This document shows positions 10,383-19,901 of a stretch of 64,000 bases of DNA, one piece after another. Every line of letters begins with the position of its first letter. Position 1 is the stretch's first letter. Source of the stretch: an uncultured delta proteobacterium (GTDB lineage: Bacteria; Desulfobacterota; Syntrophorhabdia; Syntrophorhabdales; WCHB1-27); the NCBI GenBank assembly GCA_963810935.1, contig CAWEPK010000012.1:192001-256000 (forward strand), written 5' to 3'. The notes below the pieces were generated by a model. The model saw nothing but the letters and a program-made list of their open reading frames with translations. It was not told the DNA's origin and ran no database searches. A program made the position numbers and the translations under genes.

Positions 10383-11140
10383 CTTGCTGGCAGTATTAGT
10401 AACACTGAGATACTTTGTATCGCTCCTAAAGAGCAGGCTACCTGTTCGCAGGGCCGGGAATCGTTCGGCGCTCTCAGAGGAACTTACAGGGGGGGGAGCC
10501 TTCTGGTGTCAAAGGGTTGTCCCTATTCTTTGCTGTGGAGGATTGCCTGTCAGAGGGATCGGTTCTTCTCTTTCTCATGCCCTGTCCTGTTATATTAATC
10601 GTTGTGAGAAGAGACTGCGCAAGGAAGCCGTGGCGTCCGTATGGGCCGGCAAAACGGCTGGTCTTTTCACGAATAATTATACAGAGCCGTTTGAAATCCG
10701 TCAAGGATAGCAGATGTTTAGCATTTTCTGTACGTCGGTGGTCTATTCCCGTACAGGGGCTAAATGTTTCGAGGATGGAGCGGCAGATATCCTCTGGGCA
10801 CACCCGCTTCTCGGCATTATTTGTTTCACTACAGGCTCGCCCGGCTCTTTGATAGAGTTGCGGGATCGCTGACATGAGGCACCGACAAGATAGCACCCGG
10901 TAAGCAGGTTATAAGCACCTTGTTTTTGCTGATATTTCAGCAACACAAAAATAAGCATTTTAATATCGGTGCATCAAGGCCGGTGACCTTGCCTTCATAA
11001 CCCTGAGACATTACTATGTTTATACGTCTGTCCGGAGGGCCAATGGCCCGGATGCCGGATCATCCCATTAAATTATCCTCCGACCTGTTGTACGAACTGG
11101 CAGTCAGGGAGTGCCGTCGGAGGAAAGGGAGCAGGTGCCC

Positions 11141-11539
11141 ATGAAAGAAAAAGTATGTCTCGTCATCGTAGTCGATGACGAAAAAGAGGTGGAGGAGTGC
11201 CTACAAACAGTACTCGGAAGGCTGGGTTACGATGATGTCTCCTTCTACGATCCCTTGAAGGCTATTGAATACCTGCGTGACAGTGACGGGAGCATCGATC
11301 TTATCCTGAGCGATATAGCCATGCCCGGAATTGACGGAATCGAGCTAGCAAGAAGGGCGGGGGAGATAAAGCCGGATGTACCGGTTATCCTTTTGAGCGG
11401 CTATTCGGAAAGATTCCCTGAAGCAGCCGCCCTTCCAAATGTGAAAGGCGTCCTGCACAAGCCCGTTCTCAGGGCTGATCTTGCCGAAGCAGTCGAGAAT
11501 GTCATCAAGGGTTGCGGACACCGGAATAAGAGAATATAG
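11141..11539 (+). CDS. Single-domain response regulator
   Basis: VVDDE, LSDIAMP, LLSGY, HKP. Confidence 0.85.
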   Translation: MKEKVCLVIVVDDEKEVEECLQTVLGRLGYDDVSFYDPLKAIEYLRDSDGSIDLILSDIAMPGIDGIELARRAGEIKPDVPVILLSGYSERFPEAAALPNVKGVLHKPVLRADLAEAVENVIKGCGHRNKRI

Positions 11540-11624
11540 AAAATTAGCCGGCGCCATAGGCAACGACCGTGGCCTTCGAAGGTTCTCCCTTGAACTATCG
11601 CTATAGCAGGTCTACTATTTATTC

Positions 11625-12011
11625 ATGGGCTTCCCGCAGCTTGTGATGGTAGTTGACGACGAGCATATGATTGAACAAATGATCGAGGCCCACCTTAAAA
11701 AAAAGGGCTATGAACATGTTTCATTCCACGACGCCCTCGCAGCCATGGAATTTTTTCGTGACAACTATGACAACATCGGTCTCGCCATCATCGACCTTAC
11801 CATGCCGGCCTTAAACGGCGATGAAATGGCGGCGCGGATGCGCGTATTAGCTCCCAAACTGCCTATCATAATCATGACGGGCCACTTGGACATTCAAAAC
11901 ATCGACCACAATGTCAACATGTTCCTATCCAAGCCCGTAGAGAGAGCAGACCTCCTCAAGGCAATCGACGAGTTAATTGGCCCGGCCTGTCGGTCGGAGG
12001 ACAATCGTTGA
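11625..12011 (+). CDS. Single-domain response regulator
   Basis: VVDDE, IIDLTMP, IMTG, SKP. Confidence 0.85.
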   Translation: MGFPQLVMVVDDEHMIEQMIEAHLKKKGYEHVSFHDALAAMEFFRDNYDNIGLAIIDLTMPALNGDEMAARMRVLAPKLPIIIMTGHLDIQNIDHNVNMFLSKPVERADLLKAIDELIGPACRSEDNR

Positions 12012-12317
12012 GATAGCCCTCTATTCCCTCGTTTCTTTCGCTCTCTTTGTCTTTAAAGAATACACCTGCTTTCCTCGGTCGGCGTCGTCATGGCGCGACA
12101 CCGGGGCGACGTGTTCGGCCCCTATCATCCCCATACACTGTTGCAATTACAGGGGATACAGGGTTTCACTATGCGGGCTTGAATCCCGCCGGATCGAAGG
12201 GTTTTGCTCGGCCGGATATAGTGTGAAACGGACTTATGGAATGCTTATACTGTACAACAGGTGGCGGTGACGGGCGTAGAATCCTCTCTTGACATTAAAA
12301 TGAGCTGTGGAGGAAGC

Positions 12318-12626
12318 ATGAAAGACCTGCACGAGATATTTACGGTCTTCAAGAAAGACTTTCCGGCTGTCTATGAAGAGTACGAAGCCTTTGGCAAGGT
12401 AATACATGAACAATCAGGACCGTTGCCTGAAAAGGTCCGCTGGCTGATCAAGATAGCCGTCTCGGGGGCCAGCGGCCACAGACTTGCTCTCGAAACCCAC
12501 ATAGCAAAGGCGAGGGAGGCGGGGGTAAAGGAAGACGAGATCAAACATGCCTTGCTTCTGATCATACAGACAACGGGATTCCCCATGTTCATGGAAGCCT
12601 ACTCCGTTTATAAAAAGGTGAAATAG
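12318..12626 (+). CDS. Carboxymuconolactone decarboxylase (CMD/AhpD-like) family protein
   Basis: GPLPEKVRWLIKIA...HIAKAREAG..EEI pattern; GGAGG RBS. Confidence 0.8.
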   Translation: MKDLHEIFTVFKKDFPAVYEEYEAFGKVIHEQSGPLPEKVRWLIKIAVSGASGHRLALETHIAKAREAGVKEDEIKHALLLIIQTTGFPMFMEAYSVYKKVK

Positions 12627-12726
12627 CCGGGCCTTTTTAAATACGGCCTTCCTGATCGCCCCGTTCGTTCTGTTCGCTTTAGCAGTTTCTACCTCTTAGC
12701 TTTTTATCCAAAACGCGATAATGGAA

Positions 12727-13782
12727 TTAAACGATCACCCCGCCGCCAAGCACCCTCTCGTGATCGTACAGCACTACCGCCTGGCCCGGCGCTATTCCCC
12801 ACACCGGCTCGCGGAACGTCACGTCCAGCACGCCGTCCCGCAAAGCATACTCGCACGGCTCCTCCTTCTGCCTGTACCGCACCTTCGCCCACGCCTCCCC
12901 CTGCGCCGGCCCGCCGAGCATATTCACGTCCTCCGCCGTGAGGCGCGTCCGCAGCAGCGCCTCCCTGGGGCCGACGACCACCACGTTCTCCGACGCCCTG
13001 ATGCCCACCACGTACAGCGCCTCTTTGTAAGGCACGCCGATCCCCCTTCTCTGCCCGATGGTATAAAGGTGCGTCCCTGCGTGGGCCCCCACTTCCCTGC
13101 CGTCCGCTGTTACGATGGGGCCCCTCTTGCCGACGATGCGCTCCTTGAGGAAGGCCCGGTAGTCGTTGCCGGGGACGAAGCAGATGTCCTGGCTCTCCAC
13201 CGGCGCCTTGCAGCCGCCTTCCGCGCCGAAGGCCGCGGCAAAGCCTGCGCGCACCTCGGCCTTCCTGTAGGAGGCCAGGGGGAAGACGAGCCGGGGGAGG
13301 TCTTTTCGCCGGACCGGGTAAAGGAAATACGACTGGTCCTTCAATACGTCCTTACCCTTTTTCAGGACATGCCCCTCGGGCGTTGCCTCCACGGCCGCGT
13401 AATGGCCGGTAGCTACGAGGTCTGCGCCCATCGCAGCCGCCTTATCGAGGAACGAGCCGAACTTGACGTACCTGTTGCAGAGGATGCACGGGTTGGGCGT
13501 CCGCCCCGCCGCGTAGTCGTCCACGAACGGAGCGATGACGTGCGTCTCGAAGGCCTCGCGCATGTTCATGACGTAATGCGGGATAGAAAAGGCGTCCGCC
13601 ACCTTCCGCGCCCTGTCCATCTGGACGGCCGAGCAGCACATCCTGGGGTTGGACGCGCTCCTCATGCCCGACGGCAGGAGGTCGAACGTAATGCCGACCA
13701 CGTTTAGGTCGCTGCCTTTCAGCAGCCAGGCCGCATACGAGCTGTCGATGCCGCCGCTCATCGCCACGAATACCGTTTCCAT
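12727..13782 (-). CDS. mnmA: tRNA-specific 2-thiouridylase
   Basis: VAMSGGIDS, TPNPCILCN, ATGHYA, KDQSYFL, ESQDICF, YTIGQRRG, APGQAVV. Confidence 0.95.
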   Translation of the reverse strand: METVFVAMSGGIDSSYAAWLLKGSDLNVVGITFDLLPSGMRSASNPRMCCSAVQMDRARKVADAFSIPHYVMNMREAFETHVIAPFVDDYAAGRTPNPCILCNRYVKFGSFLDKAAAMGADLVATGHYAAVEATPEGHVLKKGKDVLKDQSYFLYPVRRKDLPRLVFPLASYRKAEVRAGFAAAFGAEGGCKAPVESQDICFVPGNDYRAFLKERIVGKRGPIVTADGREVGAHAGTHLYTIGQRRGIGVPYKEALYVVGIRASENVVVVGPREALLRTRLTAEDVNMLGGPAQGEAWAKVRYRQKEEPCEYALRDGVLDVTFREPVWGIAPGQAVVLYDHERVLGGGVIV

Positions 13783-13912
13783 ACCTGAATATAACATTAT
13801 TTTAGGCGGAGGCGACGACCAAATCATGCCCGCTTCCCTGCCCGCGCCGCAATCCGGGGAAGCAAATCTTTGCCCTGCCCCTTGAATCCGCGACAGAAGC
13901 GAATGACAATAA

Positions 13913-14020
13913 ATGACCCTGCTGTACACAGCAGGGTAACCAGGCCACGAGCGAAAGCGAGTTTTTGAGGGGGAGGCTCCGCGAGCTTTGCTCGTGGAGG
14001 GGGCGACGCTAGCCCCCAAC
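13913..14020 (+). repeat. Family A element, copy 2 (long subtype)
   Basis: Core plus 5' extension ATGACCCTGCTG..CAGCAGGGTA..CACGAGCGAAAGC shared with the copy at 42054. Confidence 0.85.
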
Positions 14021-14081
14021 TTGAAACTAAGCGAAATTTCTGGTATTATGAGTTTGGTTTTCCATAAGGAGGTTCAAACTC

Positions 14082-15434
14082 ATGGGCAAAAAGTTACGGT
14101 TCTCGTTAGGGATCCTCCTGACGGTCATTTTCGTCCTCGGCTTCCTGGCCGGAGCGCACGGGAACAAGATAGTCAGGAGCGCCCAAGGACAGGAGGTGTA
14201 TGAATACCTGAAAACACTCTCCGACGTCCTCGACATAGTAAAGAACAACTATGTCGATAAGGTAAATGACCGAGACCTTATCTACGCGGGCGTGAAGGGG
14301 ATGGTCGAGTCCCTCGACCCGCACTCCTCTTTTCTGACACCCGACATGTACAAGGAAATGCAGACCGAGACCAAAGGGGAGTTCGGCGGCATCGGTATCG
14401 AGATCACGCTAAAAGACGGTTTTCCGACGGTAATAACGGCAATAGAGGACACGCCCGCTTACAAGGCCGGCCTCAAGTCCTCAGACCAGGTCGTAAAAAT
14501 CGATAGCAAGCCTACGAAAAATATGGGTCTCGTCGACGTCGTCAAGCTCATCAGGGGCCAAAAGGGCAAGTCGGTAACGCTGACAATAATGCGCGAGGGC
14601 TTCAATATACCCAAGGATTTTCAGGTCAAGCGCGATATTATCACCGTCAAGAGCGTCAAATACAGGATGCTCGACGATAACTACGGCTACGTGCGCATCA
14701 CCCAGTTCCAGGAAAGGACGGGGAAAGACCTGAGCGCAGCAATCAAAGAGCTTACAAGACTGGCCAAGGGCGGCAACCTGAAAGGCGTACTCCTCGACCT
14801 GCGGAGCAACCCGGGCGGGCTGCTCGACCAGGCGGTGGACGTTTCCGATAAGTTCCTGAGCGACGGCCTCATCACCTACATAGAGGGCAGGAAGCCCGAA
14901 GAGAAGGTGAAATTCTCGGCGCACAACAACAAGTCCGATTACACGGGGCCGCTCGTAGTCCTCGTGAACGAGGGGAGCGCCAGCGGCTCGGAGATCGTGG
15001 CCGGAGCGCTTCAGGACACGAAAAGGGCCATAATCGTAGGGACGAAGACCTTCGGCAAGGGGTCCGTGCAGACGATCATACCCCTGCCGGACGGCTCGGC
15101 GGTGCGCCTCACGACGGCCAAGTATTACACACCCGCAGGCCGCTCGATCCAGGCGGACGGCATCAACCCGGACATCGTGGTCGAGAACGACCTGACCCGG
15201 ACGAAGGGCGAGAAATATACGCCGATAAAGGAAAAAGACCTCGACAGGCACCTGGAGGGCGCGAAGAAATCGGTGGAGCCGCAGGTGGAGCCGCCTAAGC
15301 TGGAAGAGAAGAAACACGAGGAAAGCGCACCGGCCGTCGACGGCCTGGGGCTCGCAAAGACGGATGAAGACGATATCCAGCTTGCAATGGGGCGCCAGAT
15401 ACTGAAGAGCTGGCAGGCACTCAGGGGCAAATAG
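14082..15434 (+). CDS. ctpA: Carboxyl-terminal processing protease (S41A, PDZ)
   Basis: LDPHS, FGGIGI, DLRSNPGGLL, SASGSEIVAGALQD, FGKGSVQ. Confidence 0.92.
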   Translation: MGKKLRFSLGILLTVIFVLGFLAGAHGNKIVRSAQGQEVYEYLKTLSDVLDIVKNNYVDKVNDRDLIYAGVKGMVESLDPHSSFLTPDMYKEMQTETKGEFGGIGIEITLKDGFPTVITAIEDTPAYKAGLKSSDQVVKIDSKPTKNMGLVDVVKLIRGQKGKSVTLTIMREGFNIPKDFQVKRDIITVKSVKYRMLDDNYGYVRITQFQERTGKDLSAAIKELTRLAKGGNLKGVLLDLRSNPGGLLDQAVDVSDKFLSDGLITYIEGRKPEEKVKFSAHNNKSDYTGPLVVLVNEGSASGSEIVAGALQDTKRAIIVGTKTFGKGSVQTIIPLPDGSAVRLTTAKYYTPAGRSIQADGINPDIVVENDLTRTKGEKYTPIKEKDLDRHLEGAKKSVEPQVEPPKLEEKKHEESAPAVDGLGLAKTDEDDIQLAMGRQILKSWQALRGK

Positions 15435-15504
15435 AGAAACGCAACCGGGATACGGCTTTTACGGAGAACCAACGAAGGGGTGATGTTAGCCCCGGTATTT
15501 GAAA

Positions 15505-15580
15505 ATGCCTTTTCCTTTTTATGAGGGGGAGGCTCCGCCGGCTTTGCCGGGGGAGGGGGCGACGCTAGCCCCAGTAATTG
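15505..15580 (+). repeat. Family A element, copy 3, overlapping the thioesterase 3' end
   Basis: TTCCTTTTTATGAGGGGGAGGCTCC..GGAGGGGGCGACGCTAGCCCCAGTAATTG. Confidence 0.85.
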
Positions 15581-15971
15581 CACCAACGGGGGAGGCGACG
15601 AGCCTCCCCTTCCATTCTGCCGGAATGCGCCTGGGCTTCCCCGACGCATCGACACAAACCATCAACGTCTCTCCGTCGGCGATCGGCCTGCCGCCCTTGG
15701 ATACAGCGTGGTGCAGGGAAAACTGGGCGTTCTTAACCACAACGACGGACGTCTCCAGATCGACCTCGTCCCCATACCGCAGCTTTTCGTTCAAATCCAC
15801 CCGGGCGGACTTGACCATAAGGTAGACGCCTTTCTCCTCCCATTCAGGCAGCGAAATGCCGAGGGACAATAAATGCTCGTACCAGGATTTTTCAAAGAGC
15901 TTAAGATAGTTGGCGAAGTAAACAACGCCCCCGGCGTCGGTGTCCTGGTAGTATATCCGCGTGCGGTACAT
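15519..15971 (-). CDS. YbgC/FadM-family acyl-CoA thioesterase
   Basis: RIYYQDTDAGGVVYFANYLKLFE hotdog motif; last ~20 codons come from the repeat. Confidence 0.85.
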   Translation of the reverse strand: MYRTRIYYQDTDAGGVVYFANYLKLFEKSWYEHLLSLGISLPEWEEKGVYLMVKSARVDLNEKLRYGDEVDLETSVVVVKNAQFSLHHAVSKGGRPIADGETLMVCVDASGKPRRIPAEWKGRLVASPVGAITGASVAPSPGKAGGASPS

Positions 15972-16464
15972 ATGTTGTGAGACGATAGCATGTGTGGAGG
16001 CGCGGGGTCAATCGGCGGATGAAAAATCGGTGGGTAGAGAGTGACTGCTTTTGATACATCTTGCTTCCATGAAGGTCCCCGCCGTCTTTTGCATACAATG
16101 CCGCCGTTTTCGGGGTAATCATACGATGCTGGGAGGTTGTAATCTACACACATCGTCGTCGCTTCGCGCCCGTGAGCTTCCTGTAGTCGAGGTTTTGGTA
16201 TTTTCCTTGAGAATGCAACATTTGAAATGCAAATCTTCAATTTGTGCTTGAAAACCGGGGCTATTTCCATGGGCAAGTTTCCACTTGACTCTCCATTCCC
16301 AAAAGAGTATTTTTCGATTGTCAGATTCCACGTGTTTCTGATTAACCCAGCACGCTAGCCTCAACTTTTATTGCGTGTCGTAGAGAAAGAGCTTCAGAAG
16401 GTGCCCAAGTGGATGAAAACGAAGGCAATCACCTATCGCCTGCAAAAACCGGAAGGGGAATGAA

Positions 16465-17790
16465 ATGGCTCTAAGCATGAAGGACCGGCTGGATGGTTTA
16501 CCGCTGTCCCGCTGGCATTGGAACGTGATGCTGATATGTTCACTGGGATTTTTGTTTGACGGTATGGACAACATGATGATTTCATTTGCCCTTCCGGTAT
16601 TGATCAGTACCTGGAAACTTACTTCCCGACAAGCCGGGATAATCGGAAGTGCCGGCGTTGTCGGTATGGTGATAGGATCGTTCGTTTTTGGAATTTTGGC
16701 CGATTACCGGGGCAGAAGATATGTCTTTCAGACGACTATACTCGTGTATAGTCTTTTCACTGGCTTCTGCGCATTATCTGCGAATTGGGTAATGCTCATT
16801 GTCTTTCGCCTGATTGTCGGGACTGGGGTTGGAGGCCTTATTCCGGTTGACACCGCATACCTGACAGAGATGACTCCTCCCAAATACCGTGGAAAATTCC
16901 TTAGCCTCTTTAACGGAGCATGGCCAATTGGAGCCGCGGTCGCGGGTCTCCTTTCTTATTTTTTGGTTCCGGTTTTTGGTTGGCGGATTCTGTTCGTAAT
17001 AGGCGTATTGCCGGCCTTGATAGTTTTTTGGATCCGAAGATCCCTTCCCGAATCTCCCCGTTACCTTGTAAGCAGGAAGAAATTTGAGGAAGCCAAAAGA
17101 GAAATCTTTAAGATTGAAAAAAGAGTGCTGGGCAAAACGTCAGAAGAGGAAATAGTTTTTGATACGAACGTAGAGCAGCCCCCCCGCTCCAGTTTTGCAG
17201 AACTTTGGACCAGGCGCTTGCTAAAATCTACAATCGTCTCGATGATTCTCTGGTGGTGTCTGTCGTTTGCCTATTTTGGTATTTTTATTTGGTTGCCCAC
17301 TTTACTGACCAAAATGGGCGTACCTGTGGCCCGAGGGTACCTTTTAACAACCATCACCCTTCTAAGCGCAATTCCCGGTTTCGTAGCCGCCGCCTATTCC
17401 GTGGAGATCTTCGGGAGGAAAAAGACCCTTGTCGTATCATTCATCCTTTTTGCCTTTTTCACTTACATGTTTTTCCATGCAACCACCCAGGGAACGGCGT
17501 TAGCTGCTTTAATGCCACTCTCTTTCTTCAACGAAGTCGCCTGGTGTGCAGTATACGCTTATACTCCGGAATTATTTCCGACGCGAGCAAGAGGTACGGG
17601 AGGGGGTTGGGCTTCCACTTTTGGCCGTACGGGGTCGATTATCGCTCCATCTATTGTCGGCTTTTTTGTTGATATAAGCCGGACCACAGTAATGTGGGTA
17701 TTTGTCGGCGTGCTGATTCTTGCTGCCGTAACTACCTTGGTGGGTATCGAAACAAAAGGTAAACGTTTGGAAGACCTTTGGCCGGATTAA
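16465..17790 (+). CDS. MFS transporter (aromatic acid/metabolite:H+ symporter-like)
   Basis: GILADYRGRR, LPESPRYL, YTPELFPTRARG; many TM segments; visibly lower GC than flanks. Confidence 0.9.
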   Translation: MALSMKDRLDGLPLSRWHWNVMLICSLGFLFDGMDNMMISFALPVLISTWKLTSRQAGIIGSAGVVGMVIGSFVFGILADYRGRRYVFQTTILVYSLFTGFCALSANWVMLIVFRLIVGTGVGGLIPVDTAYLTEMTPPKYRGKFLSLFNGAWPIGAAVAGLLSYFLVPVFGWRILFVIGVLPALIVFWIRRSLPESPRYLVSRKKFEEAKREIFKIEKRVLGKTSEEEIVFDTNVEQPPRSSFAELWTRRLLKSTIVSMILWWCLSFAYFGIFIWLPTLLTKMGVPVARGYLLTTITLLSAIPGFVAAAYSVEIFGRKKTLVVSFILFAFFTYMFFHATTQGTALAALMPLSFFNEVAWCAVYAYTPELFPTRARGTGGGWASTFGRTGSIIAPSIVGFFVDISRTTVMWVFVGVLILAAVTTLVGIETKGKRLEDLWPD

Positions 17791-17904
17791 CAGCCTGACC
17801 TAACCGTTCTGATTGTTATTGACGCACAGAATGATTTTTGTGCTACATCAGCGACAAGGAAAAGTAGATCGAACGAAATACAGGCGGGAGGAAGCGGAAG
17901 ATGA
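17791..17904 (+). pseudogene. Isochorismatase/cysteine hydrolase N-terminal relic
   Basis: Translates TVLIVIDAQNDFC right after the MFS stop; no start codon and no remainder of the domain. Confidence 0.55.
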
Positions 17905-19247
17905 TAGATGACTTGAGAACCCAACTGGAAGCCGTGGAAAACTGGGGAGAGGTGTTGCACATCCGGAAGGAGGTAAACCCCCGGTTTGAGCTTCCGGCGA
18001 TTTGCAAGAAACTCGAGGCGGGAAAAGCAGTGATCTTCGAAAAGGTAAAGGGATATTCCATGCCCGTGGTGGTGGGCCTGGACAACAGCCGTTCCCGAAT
18101 GGCCCGCGTCCTGGGCACCGATGACTTCGGCCTGACTCCCCGATATCTGGAGGCGATCCGCAATCCCTTACCCCCGGTGGTCGTGAAAGACGGGCCCGTC
18201 AAGGAAGTAAAGATTACACGGGACATCGACCTCCTGAAGACCCTGCCGGTCATCACCCACTACGAAAAAGACGGGGGACCCTATATCACCGCCGGGGTGG
18301 TCATAGCCGAAGACAAGAACCGGGGCGTTCGCAATATCTCCTACCAGCGGATGCAAATCACGGGGAAAGATGAGATCGGGCTTCTCATTCAGCCCCGGCA
18401 CCTCTGGAAGCTCTACACGGACAGAGAAAAAGAGAACCAACCTTTAGAAGTGGCCGTGGCCATCGGGCTGGATACCGGCATCCGCCTCGCCGGGGCGACC
18501 TGGGGTTCCCTGATCCCCCTGGGTTTCGATGAACTCTCCATTGCCGGAGCCCTGAGACAGAAGGCCGTGGAGATCGTACCCTGCGAAACCGTGGGGGTCA
18601 TGGTCCCCGCCCGGGCGGAGATCGTCCTGGAAGGAGAAATCCTGCCGGGGACGCGAAAGACCGAAGGCCCTTTTGCGGAGTTCACCGGGACCTACGGTGA
18701 CGTCTGGGAGAATCCCGTTCTCCGGGTGAAAGCCATAACCCACCGGAGGGAGCCGATCTATCAGGACCTCTTAACCTTCACGCCCGAACATCATCTGCTC
18801 CTGGGCGTCCCCTATGAGCCCGTGGTCTACCAGGCAGTCAGGACCTATGTCCCCGGAACAAGGGCGGTGCATATTACCCCGTCCGGTTGTGGCAAGTTTC
18901 ATGTCGTAATCTGCATCCGGAAGGAACATGAGGGAGACGGCAAGGACGCGATCCTGGCCGGCCTCTACAGCGTCCGGGACATCAAGCTGGTCACGGTGGT
19001 GGATGAGGACGTGGACCCTTTTAACCCCCGGGACGTGGAGTGGGCGGTGGCCACGCGATTTCAGGCAGACAGAGACCTGGTTGTAATTTCCGGGGCCAAA
19101 GGTAATGAGCTGGACCCGTCCTGCCCCCAGTTGGCCCTGACAGCCAAGATGGGGATTGATGCCACCAAGCCCTTAGCCCGGAGCGAGCGGTTCGAGAAGA
19201 TCCGCATCCCCGGGGTTGAAGACCTCAAGGTCCAGGATTATTTATGA
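17901..19247 (+). CDS. UbiD-family prenylated-FMN (de)carboxylase
   Basis: EKDGGPYIT, RNISYQRMQ, AEIVLEG, EGPFAEFTGTY, VVDEDVDPFN, KMGIDATKP. Confidence 0.92.
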   Translation: MIDDLRTQLEAVENWGEVLHIRKEVNPRFELPAICKKLEAGKAVIFEKVKGYSMPVVVGLDNSRSRMARVLGTDDFGLTPRYLEAIRNPLPPVVVKDGPVKEVKITRDIDLLKTLPVITHYEKDGGPYITAGVVIAEDKNRGVRNISYQRMQITGKDEIGLLIQPRHLWKLYTDREKENQPLEVAVAIGLDTGIRLAGATWGSLIPLGFDELSIAGALRQKAVEIVPCETVGVMVPARAEIVLEGEILPGTRKTEGPFAEFTGTYGDVWENPVLRVKAITHRREPIYQDLLTFTPEHHLLLGVPYEPVVYQAVRTYVPGTRAVHITPSGCGKFHVVICIRKEHEGDGKDAILAGLYSVRDIKLVTVVDEDVDPFNPRDVEWAVATRFQADRDLVVISGAKGNELDPSCPQLALTAKMGIDATKPLARSERFEKIRIPGVEDLKVQDYL

Positions 19248-19295
19248 CCCGGAGGCCATTCATTCCGTAACCATGACCGGTGCTTCCGACGCCGG

Positions 19296-19350
19296 GCGGG
19301 GAGGCTCCGCAGGCTTTGCCCGTGGAGGGGGTGCTGAACCCCAATAATTG
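19296..19350 (+). repeat. Family A element, copy 4
   Basis: GGGGGAGGCTCCGCAGGCTTTGCCCGTGGAGGGGGTGCTGAACCCCAATAATTG between convergent genes. Confidence 0.8.
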
Positions 19351-19351
19351 T

Positions 19352-19756
19352 TTACTTCGGCTCGGTGGGATAGCCCGCTTTTACCCAGCCGGACCACCCG
19401 CCTTTGAGGGCATAAACTTTTGAGTAACCTTTTTTGGAGAAGAGGAGCGCCATACTGGCGCTCGTCGCTTCGTGGAGTCAGTCGCAGTAGAAAACGAGCG
19501 TCTTGTCCTTTGGGACCTTCTCCATCATGGCCTTGGCGCTCGATGGGTTCAGCCTGACCGCCCCTTTGATCTTATTGGAGCTATCGTTCCATTCACTGTC
19601 TATCCGGGAGTCGAGAATGACTACGTCCGGATTTCCCAACATGGACTTCAACTGTTCCGCAGTCATGCGCGGCACCTTGTCGGCCGAAGTTATCGCCGAC
19701 ATGGCGATACCGGCTGCTACAAGCCCCGCGACGAGTATAATCGCAAGCCATTTCAC
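19352..19756 (-). CDS. Exported rhodanese-like selenoprotein (Sec at TGA 19478-19480; alternative start 19783)
   Basis: LVFYCD-TGA-LHEATSAS...GYSKVYALKGGWSGWVKAGYPTEPK*: rhodanese signature continues in frame after TGA; N-terminal signal/TM. Confidence 0.85.
19445..19463 (-). promoter_or_regulatory. Putative bacterial SECIS hairpin (rhodanese)
   Basis: GAGCGCCA-GTA-TGGCGCTC stem starting 14 nt after UGA; G in loop; extendable GAAG/CTTC lower stem. Confidence 0.7.
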
Positions 19757-19901
19757 GACACTAACCCCACTCGCATGTGTCATATTATAAGTGTAAGTGC
19801 GGCTGATGTCAGGCGCAAGCGGGAGCGGCTGGAAAGGACAGGTCCGTCCGGTATAGACTATGGCGCCGGGCGGGCAAAAACAAACGCGCAAGGAGACGAC
19901 C

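Noticed and set aside
10383..11100. Short ORFs or a c-di-GMP riboswitch in the long spacer
   Set aside because: No recognisable protein motifs; riboswitch consensus elements not found
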